Below, piece after piece: positions 20,428 to 29,648 of a DNA stretch of 32,569 nt (its first letter is position 1; each line of letters starts with the position of its first letter). The translations under genes were made by a program, and so were the position numbers. Source of the stretch: a virus; the IMG/VR virus record IMGVR_UViG_3300045988_173836, positions 1-32,569 of that record; one strand, 5' to 3'. The notes under the pieces are model-generated. The model searched no databases, had not been told where the DNA came from, and saw nothing but the letters and a program-made list of their open reading frames with translations.

Positions 20428-21267
20428 TCACACCGGACGCATTGCCGCGGACAGCGTAAACGACAGCACAACCGCCTGTCCGTTCTCATTACTGAATGTC
20501 ACGTCGTGCACATAGCACACGCGGCTTGTCGCCAACTCGTCACCCATTTGGTAATTGACCGTTATGGGCGTTTCAGGCGCGTTTCTCGCCGTGTTTTTGA
20601 TTTTTACGTCTATTGCCTCGTCGGGGCGGTAAAGTTTGATTACGCGCAAACTCCACCCTTTGGCAATAGGCAAACTTTCGGTTTCGCCGCCCTTGTAAGT
20701 CACGTTGTCAACGGTCTTGTCATTAACAAAAACCGCGGTTTCCAACTGTACACTCGGCACTTCGACAATTGAAACAACCGACTTCAAAAACGCCGTTATT
20801 GTGCCGATAGTCAATTGCGCTTTCGCGTTGTTTGTAAGCAATACGCCGCTCGCCACAACCGCGGTAATCGGTATTTCATACGTAATAAACTGCGCACCGT
20901 CTGCCCCGGCGTTCAATACGCCGTCACTGTATGGCAAGCCCACGTTCAACACGTACTTCCACTCTACACCCTCGGCGTAAAGTTTGCCCGTCATTTCCTT
21001 TGACAACGCCGCCAACGGGTCAACCGTCGAATCGGACGTGTTCTGCCCCTGCGGCACGCGCATTGCCAAAAAAAGCGTGTAGTAAAGCGTCATACTCGCA
21101 CCGTCGGGAATAAAATTCGGGTTGCCGTTGTTCAAATACAGCGCACCAATGTGCTTGTATCTTGCCAACAGCTCGTCGCTGTACAGGCTTTTCGGGTTAA
21201 ATTCCCGAAACAGTCCGTAGTCTGCCCCTAATATTTCTTGAATTTCCCTAAACATTGCATTTAGCAT
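20428..21267 (-). CDS. Putative major tail (tube) protein (279 aa)
   Basis: Lies after three connector-sized genes and before the TMP-like gene. Assignment is by synteny only. Confidence 0.4.
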   Translation of the reverse strand: MLNAMFREIQEILGADYGLFREFNPKSLYSDELLARYKHIGALYLNNGNPNFIPDGASMTLYYTLFLAMRVPQGQNTSDSTVDPLAALSKEMTGKLYAEGVEWKYVLNVGLPYSDGVLNAGADGAQFITYEIPITAVVASGVLLTNNAKAQLTIGTITAFLKSVVSIVEVPSVQLETAVFVNDKTVDNVTYKGGETESLPIAKGWSLRVIKLYRPDEAIDVKIKNTARNAPETPITVNYQMGDELATSRVCYVHDVTFSNENGQAVVLSFTLSAAMRPV

Positions 21268-21273
21268 TTCACT

Positions 21274-21618
21274 TTACCCCACGCTTTTTAGTGTTACTCG
21301 AAAAACTTTGTCCGCCTTTTCCCAAGGCACCCAACGCAATTGATTTTCGTCAATCGGCTTTTCGTCGTAACTCATTACTGTGTACTTCTTGCCGTCTGAC
21401 AACTCTACCACGTCGCTGTTATGCACAAACGCGATGTCAACGCTTTCAATTTCCGCGTTGTTGTCGCTTGCCATAAAGCCGTGCAACAACTGCGTGCGCG
21501 TGCTTCTGTTCGCAACAATCGCGTATTTGAAAATTGCCTTGATGTCGCCGTGCGATATGGTAGCGGTCAAAAAGTGCTTATGTTCCAACTGATACCGCCT
21601 TAGCGTTTGACTTGTCAT
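21274..21618 (-). CDS. Head-tail joining / neck protein (114 aa)
   Basis: The track ORF is trimmed to the ATG at 21618 (ATGA overlap, GTGAGGA RBS). Connector-module position. Confidence 0.5.
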   Translation of the reverse strand: MTSQTLRRYQLEHKHFLTATISHGDIKAIFKYAIVANRSTRTQLLHGFMASDNNAEIESVDIAFVHNSDVVELSDGKKYTVMSYDEKPIDENQLRWVPWEKADKVFRVTLKSVG

Positions 21619-21977
21619 TGTATCCTCACTTCTTTGAATTGCCGCTGCAACTCGCGTATAAATTCGTTTTTGGCAAACTTTTGCAAAAAGTTGCGGTGAC
21701 TGTTCGGCACATGACTCCTCCCGACGTTCAAACAATACTGTAAGTACACCGCATAGGGCGAAGTTTCGCCGTTAAACCGCACCGTGCAACTTGTCGGCGC
21801 AACTCTTGATAAATACACACTGCGTTGCGTTCTGCCCGTGTCGTACGGAATGTTGCCGTACCCCGTGGCGTTTATCAGAAACGGGTTGTCTTTGTCCACG
21901 TGATAACTCACACGCGAACTCGGACGTTGCGCCACTTCGACAAACAGATTGCCAAAATAAGCCGCATTGTAACTCAT
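21615..21977 (-). CDS. Head-tail joining / head-closure protein (120 aa)
   Basis: The track ORF is trimmed to the ATG at 21977 (ATGA overlap with the upstream stop). Connector-module position. Confidence 0.45.
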   Translation of the reverse strand: MSYNAAYFGNLFVEVAQRPSSRVSYHVDKDNPFLINATGYGNIPYDTGRTQRSVYLSRVAPTSCTVRFNGETSPYAVYLQYCLNVGRSHVPNSHRNFLQKFAKNEFIRELQRQFKEVRIQ

Positions 21978-22348
21978 AGGCAAACTATATTGCCCGTGTA
22001 CAGCAAACCGTGCGTAAGCAACAGTTTTGCCGCCCTGGGCGCGATAAACGGCGTTAACTCCGCACCTGGCACCGCCGACAGCATATCGGGTTCGACCCAC
22101 TTATTAGCCGCCAAATATGCAATCTGTTTGACGATTGCTTGTTTAATAACAGCGGCATATTCGGGGACATTCAGGTAGCGTTGCACTTGCGACATTCCGT
22201 TGTACGCATATCCCGCGATGTACGTCAACACGTTGTCTTGTTGGTCTTCAAGCCAGTTGTTAACGGCTCTCGGCGACAGTCCTAATTCTTTGCCGATGTC
22301 TATGTCAAGTTCGTTTTTGATGTCTTCAAAAGTTACAAGTAGTTCCAT
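21974..22348 (-). CDS. Head-tail connector (gp6-like adaptor, 124 aa)
   Basis: It is the first gene after the MCP. AAGGAG RBS. The N-terminus LVTFEDIKNELDIDIGKE...NNWLEDQQDNVLTYIAGY resembles Phage_connect_1-type adaptors. Confidence 0.55.
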   Translation of the reverse strand: MELLVTFEDIKNELDIDIGKELGLSPRAVNNWLEDQQDNVLTYIAGYAYNGMSQVQRYLNVPEYAAVIKQAIVKQIAYLAANKWVEPDMLSAVPGAELTPFIAPRAAKLLLTHGLLYTGNIVCL

Positions 22349-22360
22349 TTTACGCTCCTT

Positions 22361-22420
22361 GGCGGAGTTGCACCGCCTTAAACTCTTAGTAGCATATCAA
22401 GGGGCGGTTGCCCACCCCTT
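22361..22420 (-). promoter_or_regulatory. Two stem-loops in the MCP-connector gap (possible partial terminator / mRNA stabiliser)
   Basis: AAGGGGU [GGGCAACC] GCCCCUU lies 10 nt after the MCP stop. GGCGG [ugcaacu] CCGCC lies just before the next RBS. Neither has a U-run. Confidence 0.4.
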
Positions 22421-22429
22421 TTATTTGTT

Positions 22430-23938
22430 TTAGCCAAGTACCACGTTGGTCGCGTACTTCGACAGCTCGGATTGCTTCTTGGTGATAGTAATCGTCTTTG
22501 TGTCGGAGCCTTTGGTGACTTTGACGGTAGCTGCTTCGCCGCTCAAAATATTGAACGAATAGAAACCGTTTCCGACTTCTGTTACAGTCGTATCCATTGC
22601 GCCTGCGGTAACTTCGATTGTAGCACCGGTTACAGCCGCGCCCGCTTTCGTCACATACAGACTTACGTCGCAAAGTCCGCTTACGTTCACGCCGCCGTTA
22701 GGTTGCGGAATCTTCGCGATTTCTTTGTAACCGACAACTTCGCCGCTTGCGTTAAGGATAGGCAGCAATACGCCGTCAGTTTTCGCCTGCTTGGACGGAG
22801 CAACGGGATATTTACGTTCGTCAGCCGTAAAGCCAGCAGTTGTAAACACACCTGCGTTCAGGTTTGCGTCGCCGATAAGCTGAGACAGACGGAATGCTTC
22901 GTGACCCCAGCAGTTGAGCGGTTGAGCTTTCATACCGCGCGTTTCCTGTGCGTCAATGATTTTAACGCCAACATCGACAGCTTCGGCAGCGGCGGTTGCT
23001 TCAAAGCTCACGGCGATACCAATTACATGGTCGAGTGCGCCCTTAGCCAAGCCGAGGTATTCTTCCGCGCGGCTCCAAATGAAGTCTACGCATTCGCAGA
23101 AGTCAAACTGCATTGCGTAACCACGGTAAGCGTTGCCCTTGAAGTCGCGGTTTTCCCACTTGTCGTCAAGGTTGTACTTTCTCAGCATGTTCTGTGCGAT
23201 GTCAGAGCCGCTTACGATAATGCCGCTCTTCGTGTTGAACATGTTGTTAATGAACGCGCTACGTGCGACAATGCAACGTCCCTGAGTGCCGTAGGTGTGT
23301 GCACCGGTGATAGCGTCGCCGTTCGACAGTTTAGTGTTCAAACTGTTCAACAGGGTTGCGTATGCACCGTCAGCGGTGATGTCAATCGTGTTGATGTTGT
23401 CTGCGCCGTTTTGGTAACGGTAGATGTTGTATGCCAAAATTTCAGCCAGTGTGCTTGCGCTTTCGTCTTCAACTACACTCTCGGTAAAGCTCGCAATTCT
23501 GCGGCTGATGTCGCGCAGGGGGGCGGCAGTAGCCAATGTCGCCAGTTCGGGGAACAGCAAAGGCTGGTCGTTCAACTGATTGAGTACAACGATAAACTCG
23601 TCGTCAGCGGGCATCAACGCAGGGTTGCGGTTGATAAGTCCCTCGTTGCCGGGTGTGCCAGCGCGTGCGCCGACCTTTACCGTACGGCTTGTTGCGGGGT
23701 ACGGAGTTGCCAGGGGTACGCGAATACTGTCGAGGAATTTCGCGCCTGCGCTGTATCTCTTTGTAACGTTCATGCCGTCGCGGAAAATTTCGCCGACATA
23801 CTTCGCCTCCGCGATAGCCTCGGAGATGTTAGCTTGGAGCATTGTGCCTTCGAGCATAAGTCTTTCCCCGTTGTTATCAGGGGTAGCACCCGTCAACAGC
23901 ACATCTTTTACGATTTGCTCGTAACTTGTGATTGCCAT
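22430..23938 (-). CDS. Major capsid protein with C-terminal beta-sandwich-like extension (502 aa)
   Basis: Follows the scaffold gene. Start moved to MAITSYEQ, 8 nt after GGAGGA. The C-terminal about 90 aa (VSLYVTKAGAAVTGATIEVTAGAMDTTVTEVGNGFYSFNILSGEAATVKVTKGSDTKTITI) looks like an Ig/CarboxypepD_reg-type domain. Confidence 0.75.
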   Translation of the reverse strand: MAITSYEQIVKDVLLTGATPDNNGERLMLEGTMLQANISEAIAEAKYVGEIFRDGMNVTKRYSAGAKFLDSIRVPLATPYPATSRTVKVGARAGTPGNEGLINRNPALMPADDEFIVVLNQLNDQPLLFPELATLATAAPLRDISRRIASFTESVVEDESASTLAEILAYNIYRYQNGADNINTIDITADGAYATLLNSLNTKLSNGDAITGAHTYGTQGRCIVARSAFINNMFNTKSGIIVSGSDIAQNMLRKYNLDDKWENRDFKGNAYRGYAMQFDFCECVDFIWSRAEEYLGLAKGALDHVIGIAVSFEATAAAEAVDVGVKIIDAQETRGMKAQPLNCWGHEAFRLSQLIGDANLNAGVFTTAGFTADERKYPVAPSKQAKTDGVLLPILNASGEVVGYKEIAKIPQPNGGVNVSGLCDVSLYVTKAGAAVTGATIEVTAGAMDTTVTEVGNGFYSFNILSGEAATVKVTKGSDTKTITITKKQSELSKYATNVVLG

Positions 23939-23983
23939 AAATGTTTCCTCCATAAAAAATTTTTGTTTTTTTTAGACTTTCGG

Positions 23984-24466
23984 TTAATTGAATTTAGCCG
24001 CCAGTTTGTCAAGTTTTGTCGCCGTGCTTTCGTCCGCCTCGGCAGGTTTGTGTTGCATTGCTTCAAACTTTGTTTCGAGTTCGACAATGCGGTCTTTCAA
24101 CGCCTTTATAGCGTCGTCATAGTTGTTGTCGTTCGTTTCAGTTGCGGGTTCTTCGCCTGCAACAGCGGGAACTTCTTTTCCGTCGTCGCCTTTGTTTTCG
24201 TCGCCGTCGGCGTTTCCGTCGTCTCCGTCCGCCTTTCCCTCGCCCTTGTCGGCAAGCGCGTTTTCTTCGCCCACGCTCTCGTCAATGCGGTCTTTCGCAC
24301 TCTGTTTGTCCGTTTCGCCCGCGTCGTTTTCTTGTGCGGCTACGCTTTCGTCCAGGTGCGTCTTGATGTGTTCCATAAACTTGCCCTTTTCGTCTTCGGG
24401 CAAGTCTTCAACCGCTTTCAGTATTTCCTCGGCGGTTGTGGGTTTCTTTTTTCCAAAGATTGCCAT
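23984..24466 (-). CDS. Scaffolding protein (160 aa)
   Basis: AGGAGG RBS. Very acidic and low-complexity, with a C-terminal helix (IKALKDRIVELETKFEAMQ). Lies immediately upstream of the MCP. Confidence 0.7.
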   Translation of the reverse strand: MAIFGKKKPTTAEEILKAVEDLPEDEKGKFMEHIKTHLDESVAAQENDAGETDKQSAKDRIDESVGEENALADKGEGKADGDDGNADGDENKGDDGKEVPAVAGEEPATETNDNNYDDAIKALKDRIVELETKFEAMQHKPAEADESTATKLDKLAAKFN

Positions 24467-24480
24467 ATTAGCCTCCTATT

Positions 24481-25215
24481 TTACTTTATTTTTACGCCGA
24501 AAATGTTTTCAAAATCACGAATACTCTCGGCGGAGTAGTTTTCCCGAATATACTCGTTGTCCCAATCTATCAAATCGGAAGCAATGTCGCATATATCGGC
24601 AATGTCGTAATAGTAAGTCACATTATACAATGCGCCCGTGTGGTGCCATTCGGACGGGGACAGATGTTGTTTTATCTTTATCGTCGTAACGCCGAGTATT
24701 TGCGCCGCCTTGCTAAGCGGAAACTTACCCTCGCTTTCGGCACTTTCTGCACGAATACTTTTTGATTTGCCCGCATAGCCGCTTTGACCACGGTTTTGAT
24801 TTGCTGTTCTTATTGCTTCGTCTCTCGCGACCCTTGCGCGCACTGCGGCACTTTCTATTCTTTTTGCCGCTGATAACGTAGCATTCGTCGCTTGACGAAT
24901 TTCTTTCATGCCGTCTGTTTCGCGAAGCGTATTTGTTTGAGATTGTCCTTTGTTGGCGAGACTTTCTTTGCCGTCTTCGATACGTTGCCGCAAGTCCTTT
25001 GGACTTCCTGGGTTGCCCGTAAAATAAACCCTCGGCAAATATTCCAGCCCCTCGTCAGTTCCCAGCAAACGCGTGTAAATGTCGTATTTCCTTTCGGGCA
25101 CCGCTTCGCCGTCTGTCCACCCAACCGATTTGCGCTTTTCCAAAAAACTTTGGTAGCCGCCTTTCGTTGTGAATTTTCCTTCGTCGTCGCGCGGATGTTT
25201 ACTTTCTTCCCACAT
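24481..25215 (-). CDS. Hypothetical virion-module protein (244 aa) with N-terminal KHPRDDEGKF motif
   Basis: Start moved to the ATG at 25215, 7 nt after GAGGAA. The HPRD-x2-GKF motif is common at the termini of phage head-associated proteins (from memory). The C-terminal region is LSKAAQILGVTTIKIKQHLSPSEWHHTG. Confidence 0.6.
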   Translation of the reverse strand: MWEESKHPRDDEGKFTTKGGYQSFLEKRKSVGWTDGEAVPERKYDIYTRLLGTDEGLEYLPRVYFTGNPGSPKDLRQRIEDGKESLANKGQSQTNTLRETDGMKEIRQATNATLSAAKRIESAAVRARVARDEAIRTANQNRGQSGYAGKSKSIRAESAESEGKFPLSKAAQILGVTTIKIKQHLSPSEWHHTGALYNVTYYYDIADICDIASDLIDWDNEYIRENYSAESIRDFENIFGVKIK

Positions 25216-26287
25216 TTTGCATTTCCTCAATCATTACTTGCGTCCGATACGGCAATGCCACGAGATTGTTCTTTCGACAAAACTCGCGGTACCTTTGTTC
25301 GTCGCGTTTGGCGGCGTCAAATAGTTTCTGCGCCGCTTTCTTGTCTTGGTGGATTAGTTCCCACGCCAAAGATTTTTGACGGCGTATGTTGCGCTCGGCG
25401 GCTCGTTGCCGTTCGTTGAGCACTCTGTGCCGTTCCATTTCCTTTTCGCTAAATGACTTTGGCGGCATTTGATGTTCGTCGTACGGAATTAAACGGTGTC
25501 GGCAGTTGAAACCCAACAGTCCGTTCTTCCAAACGCGCCCCGTGTTCGTTGTTACATAAACGTTTACGGCGTTTTCAAGTGGCTGATACTTATGTCCGTT
25601 GACTTCACCGTAAGTGCCGTCAAGCGAATATAGCCGCCCCTGCCACGGAGCACACCGCGTACTACAATTGGCGTGAGTGCTTGCCCACACTAATTTTACG
25701 CGTTGCCGCCGCATTTCGTCAATGCTTTGCTGTTGTGCTTCGTGTCTTACGTACATCTCGGCGCGGTTTCTCAAATTATGCCCGTCGCCCTTTTCTGTCT
25801 CGGCGGCACTTAGTTCACGTATTTTTGTCTTGACTTTCTTGCGGACATCGGCAACATCAATGCGGTCAGGGTAAATATACTCCGTATAGTCTTCATTGCC
25901 GCCCTCAGTTCGCCTACGCTCGTAGTTTGCTTGCGTTTCGATAACTTGTTCAGCAACGGGTTTTCCGCTTCTCTGTGCCGTTTCTACGGCTTTGTTTTCG
26001 CCGCGAAACAATGCGCCCAAAAACAATAGCGACAAACCGAAGTCTTGCGCTGTGTTTTCGACTTCTGCGCGGAATTGCCCATACAGCCGCAAAGCACCGT
26101 TTGTCAACGTGCGTACAAAGTCCACACGCAACAACTGCGGCACTCTCTCGGCGTACTTGTTTATCGTCGCTTTTATGCGTTTCCACGTCGCTTGCCGCGG
26201 CTCGCCACTAAGCACACCGTCAACTATCAACTGTTTGATTTTAACCTGTACGGCTTCCGTCCAAACGGTCAATTCGCCTTTTTTCAA
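25199..26287 (-). CDS. Head morphogenesis protein, SPP1 gp7 / Mu F-like
   Basis: Lies directly after the portal gene (TTG start, TTGA overlap). Conserved core WASTHANCSTRCAPWQGRLYS...GFNCRHRLIPY. Confidence 0.8.
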   Translation of the reverse strand: MKKGELTVWTEAVQVKIKQLIVDGVLSGEPRQATWKRIKATINKYAERVPQLLRVDFVRTLTNGALRLYGQFRAEVENTAQDFGLSLLFLGALFRGENKAVETAQRSGKPVAEQVIETQANYERRRTEGGNEDYTEYIYPDRIDVADVRKKVKTKIRELSAAETEKGDGHNLRNRAEMYVRHEAQQQSIDEMRRQRVKLVWASTHANCSTRCAPWQGRLYSLDGTYGEVNGHKYQPLENAVNVYVTTNTGRVWKNGLLGFNCRHRLIPYDEHQMPPKSFSEKEMERHRVLNERQRAAERNIRRQKSLAWELIHQDKKAAQKLFDAAKRDEQRYREFCRKNNLVALPYRTQVMIEEMQNVGRK

Positions 26288-27837
26288 TACTCGTCACCCA
26301 ACTCAAAGTCAAACCCTTCGTCCGCTTGCTGTTGCGGTTGCTGTACTTTCAGCTTTTCCACCCACTCGGCAACTTCTTCGGCGGTCAATTCGGGGTGCAA
26401 ACGTTTAACGCACTCGTCCAACGGCATTACGCCGCGACTGTATTCGTCCATTACGTCCGACTTGCGTTTATCGCCGTTCTTGTTCCACGTAATTGTCGCT
26501 GTGCCGCCAAGTCCGTAGTAGTGCGCAACTTCTGCCAACAGTCCGTTAATCGCCTCGTTTGCAAGCTGTCGCTTTTCATAAACAGTCTTGTCGGTAGTGT
26601 CTTCTTCTGTGTCAACTTCCGTCGCCGTCTTAGCCTTGTTGTAAGTCAAGTGATTTGCCAGCGTCGTCGCGCTTAGCCCGACTTTGCTTGCCAAAATCTG
26701 CAAGTAATGGTCGTGCAAACTCTTCCGCGCTTCTTGCCGCAAGTCAGGCTGCATAAACATAGGCTGTTGCGGCTTGTCGGCAATTACGCCCGCGCCCGGT
26801 GCTTCCGTGAAAATATCGGATTCCAACGGTGACAACTGAATGTCTTCGTAGGCTTCGCCGTAATCTTGTCCTTGATATACAACGTGCTTTGGCGTTTGGA
26901 ATGTCTTCGGTACAATTACGCGCGTGCGCCCGTAGTACTGGTCGAGCTGCCCCATTGTGTAATTGTAGTCAATGGCATACAAAATATCAAGGCTTGTATG
27001 CAATGCGCTTTCGGAATAACCCGTCATTGCCGTTATCGCCTGATTGTATGCTTTCGCTTTCCAGTTCCATACGCCCAAAGTCTTAAACGGCAACTCGTAC
27101 CATTTCCCTGGCACTATGTCGCCGTACAAGTCCGCCCAAACGTCGCGCACAAACTCGTCTATTTGTTCAATGCCACAATTGCCGCTCATTTGTGCTTGCG
27201 TCGCTTGTCCCGTAAACCTTTGCGCCCTTATGCGGTAGTACGGTTTCCCGCCGTGCATAACGCGCTCTTCGACGGCAAACCACTGCTCGTTCTTAGCCGT
27301 GCCGTCGCTTATCATGTCCTTAAACCGCGCAACAACAACTTCGCCTTTGCGGTTAACGGTCATGTACGCCTGATTGACAGGGTGAACGGTCGGGTAAACT
27401 TCGCCCGCACCGCTCACGATATTGAGCCGTACAAGCGCGTTTCCGACACTTGACGACCCGGCGAATCCGTCGGATATGCTCTTGTCAAGTCCCGTTTCCG
27501 TGCGCCACCTTTCAAGGAACGCCGTTGTTTTAGGGTCGTCACCGTCAATTCGATACCCGCCGTCGATACACTCGCGCGTCAGTATGTCTATTACAGTTTT
27601 GCCCATGCCGGTTGCAAAGAAGTCGCCACGGTGCAACGCCGGCACAAAGCCGCGCGCCCATTCGTCCCACTGCTTTACATAGGTTTGTTGATAGGTTAAC
27701 CACGCGGACGGCATATCCGCGTAAAACTCCGAGCGGTTAACCGTGTTTTGGAAGTTCTGCCACCTTGCGCGGAAGTAACTTGCAAATATTCGTCTGGACG
27801 GGTTATTCACCGGTCCCGTCGTGCGTTCAGATGCCAT
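26284..27837 (-). CDS. Portal protein (517 aa)
   Basis: Size and position fit, between TerL and the MuF-like gene. GAGGT RBS. Confidence 0.8.
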   Translation of the reverse strand: MASERTTGPVNNPSRRIFASYFRARWQNFQNTVNRSEFYADMPSAWLTYQQTYVKQWDEWARGFVPALHRGDFFATGMGKTVIDILTRECIDGGYRIDGDDPKTTAFLERWRTETGLDKSISDGFAGSSSVGNALVRLNIVSGAGEVYPTVHPVNQAYMTVNRKGEVVVARFKDMISDGTAKNEQWFAVEERVMHGGKPYYRIRAQRFTGQATQAQMSGNCGIEQIDEFVRDVWADLYGDIVPGKWYELPFKTLGVWNWKAKAYNQAITAMTGYSESALHTSLDILYAIDYNYTMGQLDQYYGRTRVIVPKTFQTPKHVVYQGQDYGEAYEDIQLSPLESDIFTEAPGAGVIADKPQQPMFMQPDLRQEARKSLHDHYLQILASKVGLSATTLANHLTYNKAKTATEVDTEEDTTDKTVYEKRQLANEAINGLLAEVAHYYGLGGTATITWNKNGDKRKSDVMDEYSRGVMPLDECVKRLHPELTAEEVAEWVEKLKVQQPQQQADEGFDFELGDEY

Positions 27838-27845
27838 ATTTTACC

Positions 27846-29258
27846 TCATAACGGGCGGTCATAGTACAGTTTTGTCATATACTCCATACTGTCTATGCTG
27901 TCCTCTCGTTGGTCTTTCTTGATATCGTTTGTCTTTTCGTCGATTACGTAGTTCTCAATGTCTTTACACAGCGTGTCGGTGTTGACGTTAGGCGCAACGT
28001 GGAAGTACAACACGCCCTCGCTCAACATATTGCGCACACGCTTCACATCGCCCCAAATGCTTTTTTTTGTCACCAAGCAAGTGTTTTCGCCGAAGTCGTC
28101 CACAAATTGATTGCGCAAAATCTGTCCGCCCTCTGCGCTCTCGAATATCCACATGCGCGGAACAAGTCGCAACTGCGGGAAAATTCCCATAAGCCGATTG
28201 AGCCAAATATACAACTCGCGCGATTGTTCGCTCGCGCTGTACTGTCCGACCGTGCCTTGCTGTCCTGTTCTGTCCGTCGGGCTATGCTCGTACAAGTCAA
28301 GCACAACACACTTGCCGCTTTGCATGACCGCGCCAGCCGTTACGCACGTACTGTCGTTCACCGTGCCTTCGTCAAGCCCAAGTATCAACTCGCTTATTTT
28401 GTCGCCCTGTGCCAATAGGTTGTAGATGTTTACTACATGCTTTTTTCGGTCAAACTGCGGATACACCATACCCGACAAGTTGACAACTTCGCCCAAATAC
28501 CAGTATCGATACATCAAGGGGTCTGTTTTCTTGACCGCCAGTATCTCAGCGATTGCGCCAGGCGTTAACATTCCCGCCCGCGCCAGGTCTTCCCATGTCG
28601 TGTATATCCGCCGCGCGCCTTTCCGCACTTTCTTGTCGAAGTACTCGAAGCACCAGTGCTGCCGCGTCATAGGCGGGTTATAGCGATACTCTATGTGTGC
28701 GCCAGTGTCCATAAAACGAATTGCCGTTGACACCACTGCGTCAATAAACATTCCGCTGTCGCACTCGTTCGCTTCTTCGATTATAAGCCGCTGTAATTTG
28801 CCGCTCGGAGCAACGCGTCCCTTTGTGCGGTTGATGTCTTTGTTTATGCCGAAGAACTGCACTTTGTTGCCGTTGCGATTGCAAGTTATCTCAAACGGCG
28901 AATAACTAACCTTAAAATCGGCTGTAATTCGATTTGAGTAACTATATCCCATTTCGGTAATTGTAGACAGCAACCCCGTGAATATACTCGTTCTGATGTC
29001 GCCGTCTTCACTTCGACAATACCACACATCGCCTACGCCGTCGTATAAGTCTTTGACCGTCGCAATGTCGCCGTGATGTGTCTTTCCGCTCACACGCCCG
29101 CTTGTGCATATGATTTCGTCTATTCCGATTTCCTGCGGGTCTACGTCTTCCCCCGCAAGTAACCTTTGAGTTATCTCGGCTCTTGTGTAGCGGCTCGAAT
29201 GTTGCTTGTGTATCAGTACGGGCAAGTACTGTTTTAGAAACTTAATTTGCGTCGGCAT
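27846..29258 (-). CDS. terL: Terminase large subunit
   Basis: Walker A-like SGRVSGKTHH, Walker B-like LQRLIIEEANE, and a C-terminal nuclease region. Start chosen at ATG 29258 (MPTQIKF); the track GTG at 29267 is also possible. Confidence 0.9.
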   Translation of the reverse strand: MPTQIKFLKQYLPVLIHKQHSSRYTRAEITQRLLAGEDVDPQEIGIDEIICTSGRVSGKTHHGDIATVKDLYDGVGDVWYCRSEDGDIRTSIFTGLLSTITEMGYSYSNRITADFKVSYSPFEITCNRNGNKVQFFGINKDINRTKGRVAPSGKLQRLIIEEANECDSGMFIDAVVSTAIRFMDTGAHIEYRYNPPMTRQHWCFEYFDKKVRKGARRIYTTWEDLARAGMLTPGAIAEILAVKKTDPLMYRYWYLGEVVNLSGMVYPQFDRKKHVVNIYNLLAQGDKISELILGLDEGTVNDSTCVTAGAVMQSGKCVVLDLYEHSPTDRTGQQGTVGQYSASEQSRELYIWLNRLMGIFPQLRLVPRMWIFESAEGGQILRNQFVDDFGENTCLVTKKSIWGDVKRVRNMLSEGVLYFHVAPNVNTDTLCKDIENYVIDEKTNDIKKDQREDSIDSMEYMTKLYYDRPL

Positions 29259-29634
29259 CGTCTTCACCGCCGATTATAGTTATCTCGCAACCATTATCAG
29301 GTCGCGTGTCTCTGCCTTTCGTTCCGTCCCACAACGACCGATAGTCGCCCATCATTCCGATTGCTTTCAGCCTGTCCGCCGTCTTCTCCCTGGGGTTGTT
29401 GATTATATCGGTCAACGCTCGGAGTAATTCTTCCGCTGTTGCAATGCGCCTATCCTTGGCGGGACGGGCTAATTCAGCAATGTAGTCTTTTATGTAAGGT
29501 TTGGTTAGGTTCTCGTAACCTATTACCTTTGCGGTGTTAGGCGAGTACCCTGCTTTGATTGCCGCCGCGGTTGCGTTGCCCCCGTTAGCGACATATTCTT
29601 CGCAGAATGCTTGTTGCTTCGGGGTTAGTTTCAT
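29242..29634 (-). CDS. terS: Terminase small subunit (Terminase_2 / P27-type)
   Basis: MKLTPKQQAFCEEYVANGGNATAAAIKAGYSPNTAKVIGYENLTKPYI is the canonical N-terminal HTH of this family. GGAGAAG RBS. Confidence 0.9.
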   Translation of the reverse strand: MKLTPKQQAFCEEYVANGGNATAAAIKAGYSPNTAKVIGYENLTKPYIKDYIAELARPAKDRRIATAEELLRALTDIINNPREKTADRLKAIGMMGDYRSLWDGTKGRDTRPDNGCEITIIGGEDDADAN

Positions 29635-29648
29635 TGTTCGTTCTTCTC

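Noticed and set aside
21615-22100. Long N-terminal extensions given by the ORF track: 21615..22100, 21274..21735, 7433..7876, 1320..1736, 29649..29963, 3179..3544, 4214..4504 and 11512..11742.
   Set aside because: The extensions overlap the preceding gene by 60-130 nt, or in one case the promoter. In every case an internal ATG makes a 4-nt overlap with the upstream stop or follows a good SD, and the recognisable protein (for example SSB, MNTIILCGRL) starts there.
22472-24538. A 688-aa ORF on the plus strand, the longest plus-strand ORF in the window.
   Set aside because: It lies exactly antisense to the MCP and scaffold genes, whose sense-strand products are clearly recognisable. Its product is C/V/F/R-rich, low in information and shows no motifs, and there is no RBS or promoter. 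It is a typical shadow ORF, created because the biased sense codons rarely have stop-complementary forms.
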